DNA of 64,000 bases, from positions 438 to 64,437 of the forward strand of contig DAIRCK010000015.1 of assembly GCA_036796695.1 (NCBI GenBank). The letters are read 5' to 3'. The notes under the pieces were generated by a model that saw nothing but the letters and a program-made list of their open reading frames with translations, was not told the DNA's origin and made no database searches. Made by a program: the position numbers and the translations under genes. Within the stretch, counting starts at the first letter, position 1. Each line of letters begins with the position of its first letter. Positions 61,079 to 64,000 of the stretch are shown one piece after another. The DNA is from a bacterium (GTDB lineage: Bacteria > Hydrothermota > Tepidihabitantia > SM23-42 > JAOAFX01).

Positions 61079-62157
61079 TACAATTTAAATCCAAGTGAAA
61101 GAATGTAATGGATATTTGTCTCATCAAATATATATTTCTCTTCTATACCCAATCCACCAAAATCAGTATTTGCATAGTCCCTTTTGCCAAAAGAGAAACC
61201 TACATCAAAATAATAGTTCTTGAATTGCCCACCAAGACCAAGGGTTATGTTTGTTGTCCATACTGCAGGTTGGTTATAATCAGAATAAAGACTGAATCCA
61301 TATCTAAGAGCATAATTATAAAGGACCGTATGCTCAACCCCAAATTTATAACAATATATTGGTTCATCCCATATTCTATAATTGAATTCTATGACAAATT
61401 TAGTTGGTATGCGGTATGGTGGCTGGTAATAAAAACCGAAATTGTGGCATACTGGATATTCAATTGTATCATTTCCAGTATAAACTTTAAATTTATTTTC
61501 AAAGAAATAAGCAACCCTTACATAGATTGATGGTGCATAAATAATTCCAGATTTAAACCCATTACCTGAAAGATTTTTCTTATCACTCTTTACTGAATCT
61601 CCAGCAGAAGGATAGATTGTTTTTAATTCACTCTTTATTGAACCATACATAAAGCCAGTCTCAAAACCTATGTTCACCCCTTTATAACTGATTCCAATTA
61701 TCGGTGCAAGTGAATTGAGTGCACCATCATAGGTATTATCAACAGTCTTTATAATCTGATAAAAATAGTCACGGTAGGTATGATGGAAATAGTAACCAAA
61801 ATCATACAATCGATAATTTCTAATACCAAACCTGAAAATTTTAATCGGCACCACCAGACTCACAGGACCAAGGTCTAAAAATGAGGTCTGACACACAGAA
61901 ATGGTTGATATCCCAATATTATTTCCATAGGAATCGTAAACCCTTAAACCCCTCTTTTCTGTTCCTTCGTATAAAAAACCACTTAGATTGAGATGTATTT
62001 TTTCATTCAAACATATCGTTGCAGGATTGAAGGTATTCTCAATAACAGTTCCATTTCCACCCAATCCAAGAGAACGGGCATCATAATAAAAAACAGGGTC
62101 ACCCTGGAATGAAACACCCGGTAAAGTAAAATTAAGAATAAAAAATAATAGCATCAA
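61078..62157 (-). CDS. outer-membrane beta-barrel protein, PorV/PorQ-like (359 aa)
   Basis: N-terminal ARSLGLGG-like segment and beta-strand periodicity. ATG at 62154 just inside the TTG track start. Confidence 0.4.
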   Translation of the reverse strand: MMLLFFILNFTLPGVSFQGDPVFYYDARSLGLGGNGTVIENTFNPATICLNEKIHLNLSGFLYEGTEKRGLRVYDSYGNNIGISTISVCQTSFLDLGPVSLVVPIKIFRFGIRNYRLYDFGYYFHHTYRDYFYQIIKTVDNTYDGALNSLAPIIGISYKGVNIGFETGFMYGSIKSELKTIYPSAGDSVKSDKKNLSGNGFKSGIIYAPSIYVRVAYFFENKFKVYTGNDTIEYPVCHNFGFYYQPPYRIPTKFVIEFNYRIWDEPIYCYKFGVEHTVLYNYALRYGFSLYSDYNQPAVWTTNITLGLGGQFKNYYFDVGFSFGKRDYANTDFGGLGIEEKYIFDETNIHYILSLGFKL

Positions 62158-62163
62158 TCCATT

Positions 62164-62709
62164 TTACGGAACCAGAACCGCTGCTGCGATCACCGTTGTC
62201 CAGAGTCCATATTTATCTCCGATTGCAGTCTGGGTTATATTCATCGTTTTAACGATTTTGGTTGAAATTTTCCACAATTCTTTCCTCTCATCATAACTTG
62301 TATCCGGGTCAAAAGGCACACCAAGGGTTGTAGCAAGCATCTGTGCAGCAAGATCTTCAGCCTTATCCCCTGCCTTATTTTCAGTCTCACCATATGAATG
62401 ATATTCAGAAAGATAGCCATACTGATTTCTATCAGCCGGCACCGCAACACCTATGCTTGCGGCAATCAATCTGTGCGGTTCATTTGTGCTACATTCTGAT
62501 ACAACAACATAAACAATCTCGCCCGGTGATAGATATTGTAATCCCTTTGCCTTTGAAACAAGTTTTGCCCCTGGTGGTAAAATACTTGAAACCCGCACGA
62601 TATTAAAAGGCGCAATACCAGCATCCCTCAATGCAGACTCAAAACTTGCTAATTTTTCTTTATGCCTTCCAACACCTTTTGTTAAAAACACCCTTTTTGG
62701 TATTATCAT
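62164..62709 (-). CDS. pdaD: pyruvoyl-dependent arginine decarboxylase
   Basis: [15 protein letters not shown] matches the PdaD self-cleavage region (Ser-Ser). Length fits. Confidence 0.8.
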   Translation of the reverse strand: MIIPKRVFLTKGVGRHKEKLASFESALRDAGIAPFNIVRVSSILPPGAKLVSKAKGLQYLSPGEIVYVVVSECSTNEPHRLIAASIGVAVPADRNQYGYLSEYHSYGETENKAGDKAEDLAAQMLATTLGVPFDPDTSYDERKELWKISTKIVKTMNITQTAIGDKYGLWTTVIAAAVLVP

Positions 62710-62724
62710 TTTTTCTTCCTCATC

Positions 62725-62797
62725 TGGAGCAGACCAGAGTCGAACTGGCGACCTTCTCGCTGCGAACGAGACGCTCTCCCAACTGAGCTACTGCCCC
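62725..62797 (-). tRNA. tRNA-Ala (anticodon CGC)
   Basis: Minus-strand sequence GGGGCAGTAGCTCAGTTGGGAGAGCGTCTCGTTCGCAGCGAGAAGGTCGCCAGTTCGACTCTGGTCTGCTCCA. Cloverleaf with a G3:U70 Ala identity pair, anticodon loop TTCGCAG, and a T-loop TTCGACT. CCA is not encoded. Confidence 0.85.
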
Positions 62798-62868
62798 ATT
62801 AAAATTTTAATGATTATAACAAAAATTTTTTAAATGTCAATAATAAAAATTGTTATTCCTAAACAAAA

Positions 62869-62896
62869 AGCCCCTCTTTTAAAAGAGGGGCTCAAG
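62869..62896 (-). terminator. rho-independent terminator downstream of the T9SS-CTD protein gene
   Basis: AGCCCCTCTTTT/AAAAGAGGGGCT hairpin followed by a T-run on the minus strand. Confidence 0.6.
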
Positions 62897-62910
62897 AAAT
62901 TAATTGTGCT

Positions 62911-64000
62911 CTATTGTAACAGTATCGCCTTCTGGCTGATCATAATATTGCCATCTGTGATTCTCAAGACATATATCCCTGCAGGCAATTTCCTGCCCTG
63001 TTTGTCAGTCGCATTCCAGGCGATGGATGTAGTATTAACATTAATTGAATTTGCAGCAATCAATTTTCCTGTGAGATCATAGACATTCAAGGTCAAATTC
63101 TTGCCTTTTAATTCAGGATTCAGATCAATCGTAACCTTATCCTTGAATGGATTCGGATACAACCTTAATTTGCCGAATTTTCTGATATTGGATTCGCTGA
63201 TGCCAATGGGTGCATTCCTTCTTGAGGCATATATCTCTATTCCATCGGTTCCTTGATTTCTTGTATCCTCCCATACAGAATGGAAATAAGCAGGTGTCCA
63301 CAAAAGTGCAGTTGAATGATAGCCAGAATTTGCCGATGCGTTATCAGTAACAACCTCTGGAGTTGGTTGCCAGGTTCCATCCTGTCCATTCAAGACAGAA
63401 AAATTATGCCTGACAGTGGTAGTTTGGTAAAGATAATTGCAACCGATTGTTGTAGAAAAACCATGTAACCTTGGATAGGTTTCATTTGCAGAATTGGTAT
63501 TGGTAATGTTAATCAGTGTTCCATTCCAGGTAGCACCGTAATCAGTCGAGTAATTGAATAAAATATCATTAAGACCACCAGCCCCAGAAATTGCTGACTG
63601 GAAAGCCACATAGGCATATCCCTGGGTGCAGAAAACAGACGGATAACGGTCATCAAGGGTATTGTTTGTGACCCAACCATAAAGACGCCATATACTCAAA
63701 GTATCAATGTACCAAACCACATCATAATCACTGCCTGTGGCATCAAAGTATTCAACAGCGTGGATGAGAATTGTATCAGGAGTTGGATCCGCAGGACCTA
63801 TTGTTAATCCGATTGAGGTCATTAATGGTGCACCCCCTGATGGTCTAAACCTTACGCTAGTCCAACTTACTGTGTCCCGCGTGAGCAGAACTTGAACAGA
63901 ATCATAATCAGTACCGGTCCGATCGATTGTATATTGAACAACACACAAGCCATTACCAGGCCCGTGTGTAATACATTCGGGATATAAACGGTAAGATCTT
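62911..64000 (-). CDS. secreted protein with a T9SS C-terminal sorting domain (5'-partial; the N-terminus lies beyond the window)
   Basis: C-terminal LRLYPNPFKDKVTIDL..NVYDLTGKLI..GIYVLRI matches the Por secretion tail. The reading frame stays open to position 64000. Confidence 0.7.
   Translation of the reverse strand, partial: RSYRLYPECITHGPGNGLCVVQYTIDRTGTDYDSVQVLLTRDTVSWTSVRFRPSGGAPLMTSIGLTIGPADPTPDTILIHAVEYFDATGSDYDVVWYIDTLSIWRLYGWVTNNTLDDRYPSVFCTQGYAYVAFQSAISGAGGLNDILFNYSTDYGATWNGTLINITNTNSANETYPRLHGFSTTIGCNYLYQTTTVRHNFSVLNGQDGTWQPTPEVVTDNASANSGYHSTALLWTPAYFHSVWEDTRNQGTDGIEIYASRRNAPIGISESNIRKFGKLRLYPNPFKDKVTIDLNPELKGKNLTLNVYDLTGKLIAANSINVNTTSIAWNATDKQGRKLPAGIYVLRITDGNIMISQKAILLQ

Overview
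This 64 kb window is an AT-rich bacterial chromosome segment. Genes are densely packed, and most of the first 32 kb is on the minus strand.

Lineage guess (inference only): an anaerobe of the FCB superphylum, perhaps Cloacimonadota-like. The basis is T9SS C-terminal sorting domains, PorV/PorQ-like outer-membrane barrels, and a methylmalonyl-CoA-pathway gene set.

Content in order:
(1) A small integrative/defense island: an EVE + PD-(D/E)xK nuclease, a DNA methyltransferase, a minimal nucleotidyltransferase and a tyrosine recombinase. The R-M pair is bracketed by two copies of a composite structured repeat.
(2) An acyl-CoA mutase/carboxylase block. It holds a methylmalonyl-CoA mutase-type large subunit (Tyr/Arg signature), carboxyltransferase, biotin carboxylase and BCCP. 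It also holds a second, isobutyryl-CoA-mutase-type large subunit (Phe/Gln signature) with a MeaB-like GTPase and the only B12-binding small subunit.
(3) glnS, a CCG-domain Fe-S protein, and a block of hypothetical secreted proteins.
(4) etfBA plus three acyl-CoA dehydrogenases, with a shared upstream motif.
(5) A plus-strand operon of Cache-type sensor kinase, a REC-GcvH-like response regulator and a 1029-aa HEAT + P-loop kinase + WD40 protein. This is the most unusual candidate system.
(6) gdhA.
(7) An Hfs-type putative H2-sensing module. It has two DRTGG proteins, two small HATPase proteins, a [FeFe]-hydrogenase-like protein with a noncanonical L1 motif, and a PHP phosphoesterase. A REP-flanked RAYT transposase sits between it and a Trx-like [2Fe-2S] ferredoxin gene.
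(8) A FrdAB-like fumarate reductase pair, a Wza-like exporter and a four-gene membrane-protein operon.
(9) metF-metH, murJ, two T9SS-sorted nucleotidase/nuclease-type hydrolases, pdaD, tRNA-Ala(CGC), and a 5'-partial T9SS-CTD protein at the window edge.

There are three paralogous 'small ORF + minimal nucleotidyltransferase' modules. Several short intergenic motif families recur: an ATAAAT-loop hairpin, a GGAGC..GCGGTT-GGA-AACCGC..GCTCC hairpin, and an acd/etf upstream box.

The ORF track uses TTG/GTG starts in places. Where an ATG with a good RBS lies just inside, I give that start. My manual position counts for short motifs may be off by 1-2 nt.
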